Shown here in pieces: positions 49,070 through 59,896 of a stretch of 64,000 nucleotides of DNA. The stretch comes from Thermoanaerobaculia bacterium. Its GTDB lineage: Bacteria; Acidobacteriota; Thermoanaerobaculia; Gp7-AA8. The DNA is taken from contig OY970380.1 of NCBI GenBank assembly GCA_963719365.1, positions 590,903 to 654,902 on the forward strand, read 5' to 3'. The first letter of the stretch is position 1. Each line of letters begins with the position of its first letter. The translations under genes were made by a program, and so were the position numbers. The notes under the pieces are model-generated. The model was not told where the DNA came from and ran no database searches. It saw nothing but the letters and a program-made list of their open reading frames with translations.

Positions 49070-49681
49070 TCAGCGGCCGTGTTGCTTCCCGTCGATCTTC
49101 GCGACGATCTGTTCCGCGTCTTCGTTCAGGCCGAGGCGGCGGAAGGCATCGTCGAAGTCCGGCGACTTCTCGAAGATCGCGTTGCCGCTCTCCATCGCCT
49201 GCTCGGACTTCGTTCGATCGGTATCCGTCACCACCAGCTCCACGATGATCTGCGCCAGCGGGAAGAGTGTCCCCTCCTCGCGTTTCGGCAGGTAATCCTC
49301 CACGATCGTGTACGAACCGCTCTTCCAGCCGATGATCGAACGAAGGATGCCGATGACCTGGACGCGGCGAGCCCAGGTCAGCTCCTTTCGGGTGATGAAG
49401 CCGAGGCCTAGGAGCGCGTCGCCGAGCGTCTCGCTTTCCTTGCGCTTGGCGAGCGCCTGCTTGACATGCTCGCGCGTGACCTTGTTGGCGCGCAGCAGGA
49501 TTTCGTCAACGGCGTCGGTGCGATCGTTGGTCGACGCGGAGAGGACGTCGCCGTTTTTGAAGTAGACGATCTTGATGATGCCGTCGCTCTCGAAACGGAT
49601 CGCGCCGGTGAACTGCTCGCTTCCGAGCTCGACGAGCCGCTGAATCAGATCGATCTCGCCGATTTCGCCTTCGAAGCTCAT
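49070..49681 (-). CDS. DUF4388 domain protein (possibly the N-terminal part of one frameshifted gene continuing into the SPOR protein)
   Basis: LIQRLVELGSEQFTGAIRFESDGIIKIVYFKNGDVLSAS is typical of DUF4388. After the stop, the reading continues in another frame with no intergenic gap (…KIDGK | …DIFNVYKLLEALRLLK…). Confidence 0.55.
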   Translation of the reverse strand: MSFEGEIGEIDLIQRLVELGSEQFTGAIRFESDGIIKIVYFKNGDVLSASTNDRTDAVDEILLRANKVTREHVKQALAKRKESETLGDALLGLGFITRKELTWARRVQVIGILRSIIGWKSGSYTIVEDYLPKREEGTLFPLAQIIVELVVTDTDRTKSEQAMESGNAIFEKSPDFDDAFRRLGLNEDAEQIVAKIDGKQHGR

Positions 49682-49888
49682 TCGTCCCCGCCCTTTAATC
49701 TAGGCGTGATCGATTATCGCATGCTGTTTTGGGGGGTGGGTGGAGGCGTCGTGCAGGGGACGCTGCCGCCGCCGATCACGGGAAGTCACAATTCGTTCGA
49801 CATCTGATCATCAACCACCGACGCCCGGCCAGACCCCAATCAGGCCTTCCCTCCCTCCCGCCGTCCTCTGCGATCCGGCCCCCCCTAC

Positions 49889-51706
49889 TCAGGCGTGCAG
49901 CTCGTCGTACAGCGTCTGGCCCACCTTGCGTCCGAGCACATTCATCAGGTCCTGCGCGGAAGCTTGTTTGACGCCGGAGACGCTGCCGAAGCGCTCGATC
50001 AGGAGCCGCCGGCGCTTTTCACCGATGCCGGGCATGTCGTCGAGCGCGCTGTGCAGACCTCTTCGAGCGGCGCCGGCGATGGGAGGAGACGGAGAAGCGA
50101 TGCGTCTCGTCGCGCACCATTTGCAGCAGTTGGAGCGCGGGATCGCGCGTTCCAGGCGGATCGGCTCCTCGCGATCGGGAACATAGATCTCCTCCTCGCG
50201 CTTCGCCAGGCCGGCGATCGGGATCTCTTCGATGCCGAGTTTGTTCAGCGCCGCCAGCGCAGCGTTGAGCTGTCCGCGGCCGCCGTCGATGAGGATCATG
50301 TCCGGCAGTGACTTGTTCTCGTCCATAAGCCGCCGATACCTGCGATCGACTGCCTCGGCCATCGAACGAAAGTCGTCCGCTCCTTCGACCGTCTTGATGT
50401 TGAACACCCGGTACTGCTTCTTGTCGAACTTGCCACGGTCGAGAACGACCATGCCGGCGACGGAATCAGTTCCCTGGATATTCGAGATGTCGAACGATTC
50501 GATGCGATTCATCTCTCTGTCGTAGCCCAGCACCTGCCCAAGTTTCTGTGCAGCGATCTGCAGCCGGTCCTGCGTCGATTTGCGGAAGCGCGACTCATGC
50601 GACAGACGCGCGTTGCGGTTGACGAGTTCCATCCGATCGACGCCTCTCCCGCGCTGCGGAACGCGCACTCCACCTTGCGGCCGGCCTGTTCGGTGAGCCA
50701 CGCGGTCAGCAGGTCGCACTCCTCGACCTCGAACGGGATCAACACCTCGGGCGGAATGAACAGATTGTCCTGGTAGTAGCGCTGCAGGACCTCGCCGAGG
50801 AAGTACGTCGGCTGGTAGTCGTCGACCTTCTCCCAGAACAGCTCGCGCCGGTCGACGACGTTGCCGTCGCGGATGACGAAGAGCTGCACGGCGACGTCGC
50901 TCCCCTCTTCGTACAAACCCCAGACGTCGGCATCCTCATCATCCGCCGAGGACACCTGCTGCTCGGCCTGGATGCGCTCGACGGTACGAACGAGATCGCG
51001 GTAGTACGTCGCCATTTCGAAGTTCTCGCTCTCAGCGGCGCTGATACATCCGCCGCGTCAGCCGGTCCTGCAGTTCCTTCGTCTTGCCGCCGAGAAAGAG
51101 GACGACGTCGTCGACCATGTCGCGATAGAGGTCCGGCGTCGTCAGGCCGACAACGCACGGCCCGAGGCATTGGTGCATGTCGGAGTAGAGGCAGGGCCGC
51201 GGAAATGCGTTCTTGCCGAGCGTGATTTCGAGATCGCAGCTCCGCAGCTTGAACTGGTCGGCGACGAGCTTCAGCAACCGCCGCGCGGTACCGGCGAAGA
51301 ACGGGCCGTAAAACAGATCGCCCTTCTTCCGATCGAGCCGCCGCGTGAAGACGACCCGCGGGTAATCCTCGGACATCGTGACCTTGATGTACGGGTAACT
51401 CTTGTCATCGCGAAGCAGGATGTTGTAGCGCGGCTGGTTCGATTTGATGAGGTTGTTCTCGAGGAGGATGGCCTCGAGCTCGTTGTTCGTCGTCACGAAA
51501 TCGATGGTGTCGATCTCGTTGATTAGCGACATGGTCTTGCTGTCGCGCGCCCCGCGTCCGACCAGATACGAGCCGACGCGGCTCTTCAGATTCCTCGCCT
51601 TCCCAACGTAGATGACCTCACCCTCGGCATTCTTGTGCATGTAGACGCCGGGGCGGTCGGGCAGCTCTTTCAGCCGGGTTTTGAGCCGTTCGAAGCGGTC
51701 GGACAT
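49889..51706 (-). pseudogene. uvrC: Excinuclease ABC subunit C, disrupted by at least 3 frameshifts
   Basis: GIY-YIG N-terminus PGVYMHKNAEGEVIYVGKARNLKSRVGSY. UvrBC-interaction region AAESENFEMATYY. C-terminal RNase H-like plus HhH region (IPIAGLAKREEEIY...GIGEKRRRLLIERFGS). The total span of 1818 nt equals an intact uvrC. Confidence 0.8.
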
Positions 51707-51963
51707 GAGCAGAAGTGGAACAAGTTACGGGTGCGATTGTCATCCCGACGGAGGGTCATTCTGCTGACTGGTCAAGTAGTTGACGAGTCAGCGGGGCGGA
51801 GACGAGCCAGAGGAGTGCGGACGTCTCGTCCGCGGCGGCGAGGCGTCCTCGCCTCGGCGTTGGGGAGCTGGAAGGCTGATGTCACCCTGCCGGATCATCG
51901 GGCGACCCCCCATCACCGATGGGCGAGGACGCCCATCGGCCGCAGGCGAGACGCCTGCACTCC

Positions 51964-52589
51964 TTAAGTCAGGACGCGAGTCTGCCCAGAAATCCCCCGC
52001 TGCTTCGCGAAATCGAGCGTCCACTCGTGGCCGCCGTCGAAGACGCAGGTCTCGACCGTGGTCACGGCGCAGGAACCGAAGGTCGTTCTGCAGCTTTGCC
52101 TCGGTGTACCACTCCTCGCGCGTCCCCCGTCCGATCAGGACCGGAGGCAACGTCGGACTCGAGGAACGACCTCCGGCGGAATGTCGCCGCCAAGGGCGAT
52201 GAGTCCTGTCGCGGCCGAGCGGGCGGCGGCGCGATACGCCATGGCCACGCCTTGCGAGAATCCGAGGAACACGAGTTGCTGCGGTTGCGGAAACTGCTCG
52301 ACGACGCCGGACGTAGGCAAGGTTGTCATCGATGGCCAGTTCCCGATCTGGCTCGTCATCCACGACGCCACGATCGCTCCCGTCCGATGCATATAAAAAG
52401 GATGGAGCGCCTGCACAGCGACGGTCGTCCACGTCTCGATCCCGGGATCTGCTGCAACTCGGCGTTCTGCACCTCGGCGTTTTCGCCGTAACCATGAAAG
52501 CCGATCAGCAGATGTTCCGCCGGACCGCGCCGAGCGATGTAGCGGCCATGAACGGTTGCGGGAATCGTGTGGACTTCAAGGTCGGTCAT
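51964..52589 (-). pseudogene. Phospholipase/carboxylesterase family alpha/beta hydrolase, at least 3 frameshifts
   Basis: N-terminus LLIGFHGYGENAE. Nucleophile elbow LVFLGFSQGVAMAY. C-terminus VFDGGHEWTLDF. Each piece is in a different frame. Confidence 0.6.
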
Positions 52590-52618
52590 TCGCGAATCGT
52601 AGCTACAATGCGCCCCGC

Positions 52619-53361
52619 GTGTCGCGCCTGACTCTGGTCGTCCCCTGCTACAACGAAGAGCGACGGCTCGATGTGGAAGCGTTTCGTGATCTTTCGGTCG
52701 CAGGCCACGACGTCGATTTCCTCTTCGTCAACGATGGCAGCCGCGACGGAACGCTGCGTCTTCTGCAGATTCTCCGCGATTCCGATCCGCGGCGTTTCGC
52801 CGTCCTCGACCTCGAGAAAAACAGCGGCAAAGCGGAGGCGGTGCGACGCGGCTTCCTGGCCGCGCTGGACAAAGCCCGGACTACGTCGGCTTCTGGGACG
52901 CCGACCTCGCCACTCCCCTCGCCGAGCTTCCCGGCTTTCTCGAGATCCTCACGACGCGCCCATCGATCCACCTCGTCATGGGCGCCCGCGTCCGGCTCCT
53001 CGGGCGCGAGATCAGCCGCCGCCCGGCCCGCCATTATTCGGCCGCGTCGGCGCGACGCTCATCTCATCGAGTCTCGGTCTGGCGGTCTACGACACGCAAT
53101 GCGGCGCGAAAGTCTTTCGCAGCAGCGACACATTGCGCGACGTTTTCTCCGCCCTTCCTCTCCCGCTGGATCTTCGACGTCGAGATCATCGCCCGCTACA
53201 TCGTCCGCTGGGGCCGCGATGCCGTGGCCGGTTCCGTCTACGAGTTACCGGTCATGCGCTGGCACGACGTCACCGGCTCGAACGTGAAGTCGCACGACTT
53301 CCTGCGCGCGCTGGCCGATCTCTGGAAGATCAGGCGGGCGTATCGGAAGAGGAAAGCGTGA
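52619..53361 (+). pseudogene. Family 2 glycosyltransferase (polyprenol-phosphate glycosyltransferase-like), 2 frameshifts
   Basis: LTLVVPCYNEE...FVNDGSRDGT. DxD region. GLAVYDTQCGAKVFR. C-terminus WIFDVEIIARY...VYELPV. Spread over three plus-strand frames. Confidence 0.65.
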
Positions 53362-53485
53362 AGCCGGGTCACTGGCCGAATTCTCACGCGAAGGCGCGAA
53401 GGCGCGACGACCAAACGGCAGACTCTTGAACGCTTAGTTCTTCACGCCTCGGTCTTACGCGTGAGACACTTTCCCGCGTCACGGC

Positions 53486-55657
53486 TCACGGCAACGCGAT
53501 CGACTCCGTTCCAACGTTGAAGAAGGAATCGACGGCGCGGACGATCACGAACTTGCCGGCGGCGGCGCTTCGTTTGATGCGGTAGGTCTCGTTGGGAGAG
53601 TCGCCGATGCCATCGACGGGGGTGAGGCGGATCCACTTTTCGGCGTCGCCGAGTACTCGACTTTCCCGATTGGTGAGCGCTTGTCCGACACGTGGATGAC
53701 GACCTCGTCGCCTTCGTTCGTTGCCGTGATCGAGGGCGGCGTGTTGTCCACGACGAGCTGGATTCCTTCTTTGACGTCGGTGTAGGGACTGTCGGGATTG
53801 TCCTGCGCGTCGCTGACGGACAGGCGCAATTCGTAGTTGCCGTCGGGAAGCTGCGAGGTATCGAAGTTCATCGACGACTCGTCGAAGTTCTCGCGCAGGC
53901 GAAGCCATTTCTCGCTCCCCACTTTGCGGAACGAGAGCGTGTAGCGAAGGGCGTCGCCGTTGTCGTCGTGCGCGCGCCAGGTCACCGTGCGGAAACCGCG
54001 GCGATAGACTTTCTTGCCTTGCTCGTTCCGGTCGCGCGGCGTGTCGAGGCTCGTGAAGATGCCGTATTCGTCGGGATTCGTGGCCTCGACGACCTGCGGC
54101 GACTGCGGGTAACTGCCGGTGATGTAGACAACCGCCGGCTCCTGCACGACAACCGTATCGATCACCGGCGCGACGTTGCGATTCATGAACGCAAGCGTGA
54201 CCTCGTCGACCGAAACGTTGGCCGCGGGTTTCGGCATTGTCAACTTCCACTGCACGTAGCGTCCGGCCGGAACATCGACCGGGCCGTCAGTGGCAGTTGA
54301 TGCGGCGCTCCATCCACTCCAGGTCGCGTCAGGTGTGCGCGTGTTGCCGGAGCGGAATGCGATGGCGATGTGACCTTCGCCGAGGTTGTCGCCGTCGATG
54401 CGGTAGTGCCCGAAACGGGAGAAGCGCTCGACATCTTTCGCAGCCGACCGGAACTCCGCTTTCGACGACGGACCATTCTCCATGCGGTAGACCGCCCCGC
54501 TGTTCGTCGTTGTGATCAGAGTCTGCCCGGCGACCGTCGAGATCGAGACGACCTGCTTGTCGGGAACACTGCCGACGAGCGAAACCTCGCCGTCATTTAA
54601 CTGGTAGATGCGGCCTTGCGGGCCGGTGGCGAGGAGGATTGATCCGTTCGGACCGCCGGTGATGCTGTACGCCATCTCGTGCTCGAACTTGCGAACGAGC
54701 TCCACAAAACCGTCGGGATTGATTTTGTAGATTTCGCCGCTGCCGGCGGAACCGGCGGACGAGTCGTCGATGCCGATGCTGACTTCGACGCTGCCGGTTG
54801 GCTCTTCCTTTTTCTGTTCGCCGGATGACGCGCTCGCGGACGTTGACGACGCGGCCGCCGTCGTCGTCGCGGGCTTGGCAGGCGCAGCTTTCACCGGCGC
54901 TGCCGAGGGCAGGACGTTGCTTGCCGCCAACGCCCAGCCGATGCCGTTTGCATCGACGTAAATCGAAGAGATCTCGGACAGCGGCGAGTCGTACAGCGCG
55001 TGCGCGCCGCCGTCGGGACGGATCTCGTAAATGCGTCCTTTCGCCGAACCGCCGGCGAGCAACGTCCCGTCTTTCTTCACCGCCAGACAACGAAGATGCG
55101 TCTCCGGCGAGTCGAAGAGAACCTTCCCTTCGCCTTTCGGTGTCACGCGAAAAAGTTTGCCGTCGACGCCAGTGGCCACGGCGAGGTCGCCGTTCGGGAG
55201 GAACTCCATCGGCCCAGATGTAGGCCTGCTTCGGATCGTAAAAGACGGTCGCCTTTCCGTCGTTCGGATCGACGCGGTAGACCTTTCCGTTCGGCGAGCT
55301 TCCAACAAACACCGCCCCATCATGAAATGCCACCGCATAAACCTCGGGCTCCGGCGCCGTGTAGATCGCCTTCAGCTCGGTGCCGCGAAGGCGGTAGACC
55401 TTCCCTTCGTTGCCGGTGCCGAAAAAGTGATCGCCGTTCGGCGCGCCGGCCTGCGAGAGAACGAAGGGATCAGTGAACGTGGCCACTTTCTTCAGCGAAG
55501 GCCCGGGACGAAGCTCGCCGCGCGAGGTGACGGCAAAGCCTTCGATGTCGCCGGCAAGGAAGTCTTCGGCGTTGCGAACCCGCCAGAATTGCGGCGCAAC
55601 AGCGAAGAGGGAGGAAGCTGTGAACAGCGTGACTGCGAGCGCGACGAATCGGCGCAT
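53486..55657 (-). pseudogene. Large secreted protein with beta-propeller-like repeats, frameshifted
   Basis: Signal peptide MRRFVALAVTLFTASSLFAVA. Repeated ...DG.L..A....GK.YRV/I... propeller-like units. The frame breaks near 55200 and 53640. Confidence 0.5.
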
Positions 55658-55693
55658 TGAATTTCCTTTGCTACAAGAATGTGAGGCCGGGAT

Positions 55694-55865
55694 GGGAGAC
55701 AAGGGATTAGAGACAAGAGATCAGAGCAACCTTGCGAGTTCTGAGTTCTCCGATTGCTGCTCGTAATAGTACGTTGGGAAAATGAGTGACCCTGCGCATT
55801 TCGACGGAGATCCGAGCATTCAGGTCACTGATCCGTGGTCTCTGGTGTCTCTGATCTCTGCTTTC
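55694..55865. repeat. Purine-arm/pyrimidine-arm long inverted repeat (AGAGATCAGAG motif)
   Basis: GGGAGACAAGGGATTAGAGACAAGAGATCAGAGCAACC at 55694-55731 versus CTGATCCGTGGTCTCTGGTGTCTCTGATCTCTGC at 55826-55865. ~95-nt loop. Lies between two minus-strand genes. Confidence 0.55.
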
Positions 55866-57688
55866 AAATTGCAGGCTTCACATCCAGATCGATCTTCACG
55901 ACGCCATCGACGATGTAGCCGAGCGGATGGGCGATGTGTTGTGCGGCATGGTAGCGGACGGGAGCTTGTGGTCCGTTCGATGTATCGCTGCTGACGATCG
56001 CGCGCATGGTCGGCGGAAGATTCGGGAGGTAGACGCCGGCCGTGACCGCGCCGTCGGTCTGTTCGTAGAGGCCGAGGGTGAGCTCGGTGGAGGGGCGAGC
56101 GGCGAAGAACGGCGATCACCTGATCGAGACTGCGCGGATCGGGCGGGACGAGCATGAAGTCGACTTGATTCAGAACCGAGCCGCTGCCTACGAGAAGGTA
56201 CGCGGTGCCTGCTGCCTGATCGTCGGGGATCTTCACGTCGAACGTGTCGACGAACGCCTCGCCGCGGTACGGCTTGAGCACGGCCCGAACTTTCACTGTG
56301 TCGCCGGCGTGGATCCGTCCATTCGACGGCATTTCCAGCGAAGCCTCGAGCATCTTGGCGATCTTGAGGTCGTCGGTGTGGCGGAAGTGAATCTTCACCG
56401 ACTCGATGTCGGCGGAGTGAAACTCGTTCGACATCACGTAGCCGGCGACGACCGCGAGATACGACGGGATGGCCTGCCGCGCTTGCGCACCCGCCCAACC
56501 TTCGCGAAGCACGATCGGCTCGGGATAGCCCTTGATCTTGATTTCGGATTCGAGCATCACCGTTCGCTCGCCCGCGGCGCGTTGCGCGCTGGCGACGACG
56601 GTGTCGGCGGCCATGGCCAGGATTAGCGGCGTGAGCTGCGAATGGCGCAGAACATCGACGTGATACTTCTGCGCGACGCCGCTTCCTTCGACTTCGAGGT
56701 CGACCGGGATCATGTCGGCCTTCTCCCCCATCACGCCCATGATGCCGACCGCGCGGTCCTGCCGGAACGCGCCAACGACCGCGCCGGTGTTGGCGAATTT
56801 GAACGAACTGGCCAGACTCGGCATTACGCCAACGATCTCCGACTTCGCCATCGGGAACGCGACGACGCCCATGTCGAGGAAGGGATGGCCGAACGCATAG
56901 ACGCGATCACCATCGATGTAGGTGACGGTTCCTGTTGCCGCGACGTTGAAGTCGCCGCGAAGAAGTACCGCGCCGATTGCGTCGCCGGCGGCGAACTCTT
57001 TGTTTGCCGGAATCACATTCGTGGTCGATGTCGATGACGCGCCCGCGGGCACGGGCATGAAGCCCATCGGATCGAGGTACTTGCCGAAGCGGCCGAGGGT
57101 GTCAGGCGCAAAGCTCGACATCGAGAGAGGAACGGCGATCGGCTTGGCGCCGCCGAGTGACGATGCGGGTGACGCACCGGCGAGGCCGCTCATCATCAGC
57201 TCGAACTTCTCCGCTGTCTTGTGTTGAATCATGGCGTCGAGAAACTCGGCGCCGGTCATGCGCGGCGTTGCGGCGGCTAGCACGCCCATCGGCGCACCGT
57301 CGACCTGCGCGATCTTGAGCATTTCATCGATCGGCGTGATTCCTGCGATCGATTCCTTCGCGAACTGCCACGAGTACGCGAGAGCGCCGATCACTTTTCC
57401 GTCGATGTAGATCGGCGATCCGCTCATTCCGGCGATGACGCCGGCGCGATCGACGACGGGGCTGGATACTTTCGCGAGGATCAAATCCTGGCCGGGCGCG
57501 ATGTTCTGCAGGACGCCGGTAATCTCGACGTCGAAGCGCTCGAGCCTGGTGCCATCGAACACGGTTTCGCCGTATCCGTGCATGCCCTTACGGACCTGCG
57601 AGAGCGGCATCGTTGTCGTAGCGGCCGAGGCCGTTGAAGCGACAAGAGTCAACAGCGCGACGGAAAGGGAGAGGACGATTCGCTGCAC
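55864..57688 (-). pseudogene. S55 (SpoIVB-like) serine peptidase, one frameshift near 56100
   Basis: Signal peptide (GTG start, MQRIVLSLSVALLTLVASTASA). GMSGSPIYIDGKVIGALAY serine-protease motif. The last ~85 codons continue in another frame (…FFAARPSTELTLGLYEQTDG…VKIDLDVKPAI). Confidence 0.6.
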
Positions 57689-57730
57689 GCGAGGTCTAAC
57701 AGTGTCGTTCCTCGGCGCTATTTCGTTTTG

Positions 57731-57767
57731 TTGGGGTGTCGCGGTTCGGGGGTCGGGCGTCGGAGAG
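57731..57767. repeat. G-rich arm of a split inverted repeat enclosing the vapBC module
   Basis: TTGGGGTGTCGCGGTTCGGGGGTCGGGCGTCGGAGAG. Its reverse-complementary partner lies ~700 bp away at 58474-58507. Confidence 0.5.
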
Positions 57768-57805
57768 CTCGTCTCCGATTCCTCACATTCGCGAACGCGC
57801 ATTGC

Positions 57806-58224
57806 TCACGGTAGCCTCTCGAAACCGGCTTGCGTGAAGTGTTGATCGAACGCAAGCGCCGTCGTGATGGCAAGCCTGCCCATCAGCACGAAGGAAATAC
57901 AGTCGGTGAGTGAGTAGGTCTTGTCTTGATGGGTCTGAAGGTACTCCCATGCCAATTGGAATAGATCGTCGTCGACGTGCACGAGATTGACGGATGGCTC
58001 TGAATGAGGCGGTTGCCGACTTCGACTGCCTTGTCGTGAAGGCCTCGGCTGTTGAGGAACGTGACGACCTCGTCAAAGACGTAGGAGGTTGTTACGAGCT
58101 CTGGAAGGCGGACGCGAAAGGTGCGCCAATGGGCAATCGCGGATTGGTGGTGTTGGTCGTTTGCCAGCTCAAGCGCCAAGAGATAGCCGGTGTCCAGAAA
58201 TACGGCTTCATGCCTCGCTGACAT
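57806..58224 (-). pseudogene. vapC: PIN-domain toxin VapC with one frameshift near 57980
   Basis: N-terminus [26 protein letters not shown]...[15 protein letters not shown]-terminus in another frame [58 protein letters not shown]. Confidence 0.65.
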
Positions 58225-58417
58225 ACTGGTCGTGACGGACGGAAGCGTCTGAGACACCGCTTGTGACTGGAGCCTCGCCGAGTTGCAGGATGGGGTCCAG
58301 TTCATTAACTGGTACGACGAGAAGGCAGTGGTCACCCCTACGAATCTCGACTTCCGTGATGCCGGGAAGAAGGTCTTTCGGGATGAGAACGCCAGCGTCC
58401 GTGACAGGTGCCTTCAT
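58208..58417 (-). CDS. vapB: AbrB/MazE/SpoVT-type antitoxin VapB
   Basis: 69 aa. [28 protein letters not shown] swapped-hairpin motif. 17-nt overlap with vapC. Confidence 0.55.
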   Translation of the reverse strand: MKAPVTDAGVLIPKDLLPGITEVEIRRGDHCLLVVPVNELDPILQLGEAPVTSGVSDASVRHDQYVSEA

Positions 58418-58473
58418 AGCGTTGATTCTAGCAGCACCTTCCTGGGGCGCCTAACGACCCTCACAACGATTCG

Positions 58474-58507
58474 TCTCCGCCCCCCGACTCCCGACGAGCG
58501 ACTCCCT
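58474..58507. repeat. C-rich arm partner of the 57731 G-rich arm
   Basis: TCTCCGCCCCCCGACTCCCGACGAGCGACTCCCTC is 28/32 identical to the C-arm at 25001-25039. Overlaps the histidine kinase stop codon. Confidence 0.5.
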
Positions 58508-59808
58508 CAAACATCCGGAATCCAGCACGTAACCGCAACCCCTCCCCCATTCCTTCGCGCGATCCGAACATTTCCTCCATGCGCATCGACGATCTCGCCC
58601 GCCAGCGCCAGCCCCAGTCCCGTCCCCTCGGGTTTCGTCGAATAGAACGGCAGCAGCGCGTGGCTCAGCGTCTCATCATCCATTCCTCGGCCGCGATCCT
58701 GGACGGTGAGCACGCTTGCTTCGCTGCGGCGAACGACGCTGACCACAATGTCTGTCTCTTCGCTTCCGGCCTCGCGTGCGTTCTTGACGAGGTTGAGAAG
58801 CACCTGCTCGATCTGCGTTCGATCGAACAAACATTCATCCGCTGGCAGCGGCTCGGCGATCACGAACGACGCGAGTGGGTGAACCGCATTGAGCAGTTCG
58901 CGCCAGACCACAGGCTCGCGGCGCGGCTTCGGCAACCGGGCCAGATGTGCGTAGCCGTCGATGAATTGCTGCAAAGAGGCGAGGCGCTCCTCGATTGCGG
59001 CGTTGATCTCAGCGAGGCGATCGCCGTCGCCCGGCCGGTCTCGCACGACGTTCGCGGAATGGAAGAGCGAGTGGATCGGCGCGAGCGAGTTGTTCAGCTC
59101 GTGATTGACGACGCGGATCGCGCGCTTCCAGACGTCCAGCTCCTGCCGGCGTAGATCCTGCGTCAGCCGCGCGATGAGATAGAGGACGTGTTCACGCGTG
59201 TTGAGATAAAACGTTCGCTGGCTGAGTTGGAAGGTCTCGCCATCGACGGTGAAGAGCGCGCCGCCAGTTGCACGCAACGCCTCGCGCAGTGCGGGAACTT
59301 GCTCAGCGAGCTCGTCGAGGCGGCGGCCTTCGATGCGATCGCCTGCGCCGAAAAGGTCGCGGGCGGCCCGGTTCACGAAGACAATGCGGCCGTGGCCGCT
59401 CGTCAAAATCATCGACAGCGGCGATGCCTGCAAGACGGTTTCGAACAGCAGCTCACGCTGCACCGACTCGTTGCGCTGGTCGCGCAGGATGTTGCCGATC
59501 TCGTTGTAGATAGCGACGAGGTCGGCGATCTCGTCGTGCCCGGTGACGTGCAGTCGCAGGCTGAAGTCATCGTCGGCAAATCCGCGCACGCCGTCGACGA
59601 GCGCGCTGAGGTTCCGTCGGATGCGCCGCATCGGTGCGCGCATCGTGATGGCCGCGATGATCAGGCCGAGAAACAGGAGCGACACGCCAAAGAACGCGGC
59701 GGCGCGCGGAGAGGCGTGAAAGAAAATGTTCGCGCCGAGGTCTGCCGCGATTGCGATGACAGCGATCGTGGCGATGAGATGGAGCGCGATCGTTCTCGTG
59801 AGGCGCAT
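58507..59808 (-). CDS. Sensor histidine kinase (two N-terminal TM helices, PAS-like region, HisKA, HATPase_c)
   Basis: H-box VVNHELNNSLAPIHSL. G-box region GTGLGLALAGEIV. 433 aa. Confidence 0.85.
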   Translation of the reverse strand: MRLTRTIALHLIATIAVIAIAADLGANIFFHASPRAAAFFGVSLLFLGLIIAAITMRAPMRRIRRNLSALVDGVRGFADDDFSLRLHVTGHDEIADLVAIYNEIGNILRDQRNESVQRELLFETVLQASPLSMILTSGHGRIVFVNRAARDLFGAGDRIEGRRLDELAEQVPALREALRATGGALFTVDGETFQLSQRTFYLNTREHVLYLIARLTQDLRRQELDVWKRAIRVVNHELNNSLAPIHSLFHSANVVRDRPGDGDRLAEINAAIEERLASLQQFIDGYAHLARLPKPRREPVVWRELLNAVHPLASFVIAEPLPADECLFDRTQIEQVLLNLVKNAREAGSEETDIVVSVVRRSEASVLTVQDRGRGMDDETLSHALLPFYSTKPEGTGLGLALAGEIVDAHGGNVRIARRNGGGVAVTCWIPDV

Positions 59809-59896
59809 GGGTCAGGTCTAAAGTCTAAAGTGCCGAGGACGATCGTCGCTAAGGCGATCAGGCTGGTTCGGCACTTTAGACTTTAGACCTGACCCC
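59809..59896. mobile_element. REPIN-like hairpin related to the RAYT-flanking REPINs, filling the response regulator-kinase junction exactly
   Basis: GGGTCAGGTCTAAAGTCTAAAGTGCCGA, a 31-nt loop, then TCGGCACTTTAGACTTTAGACCTGACCC. Shares the terminal GGGGTCAGGTC/GACCTGACCCC with the elements at 35.4 and 36.5 kb. Contains the NtrC-like stop codon and abuts the kinase ATG. Confidence 0.7.
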
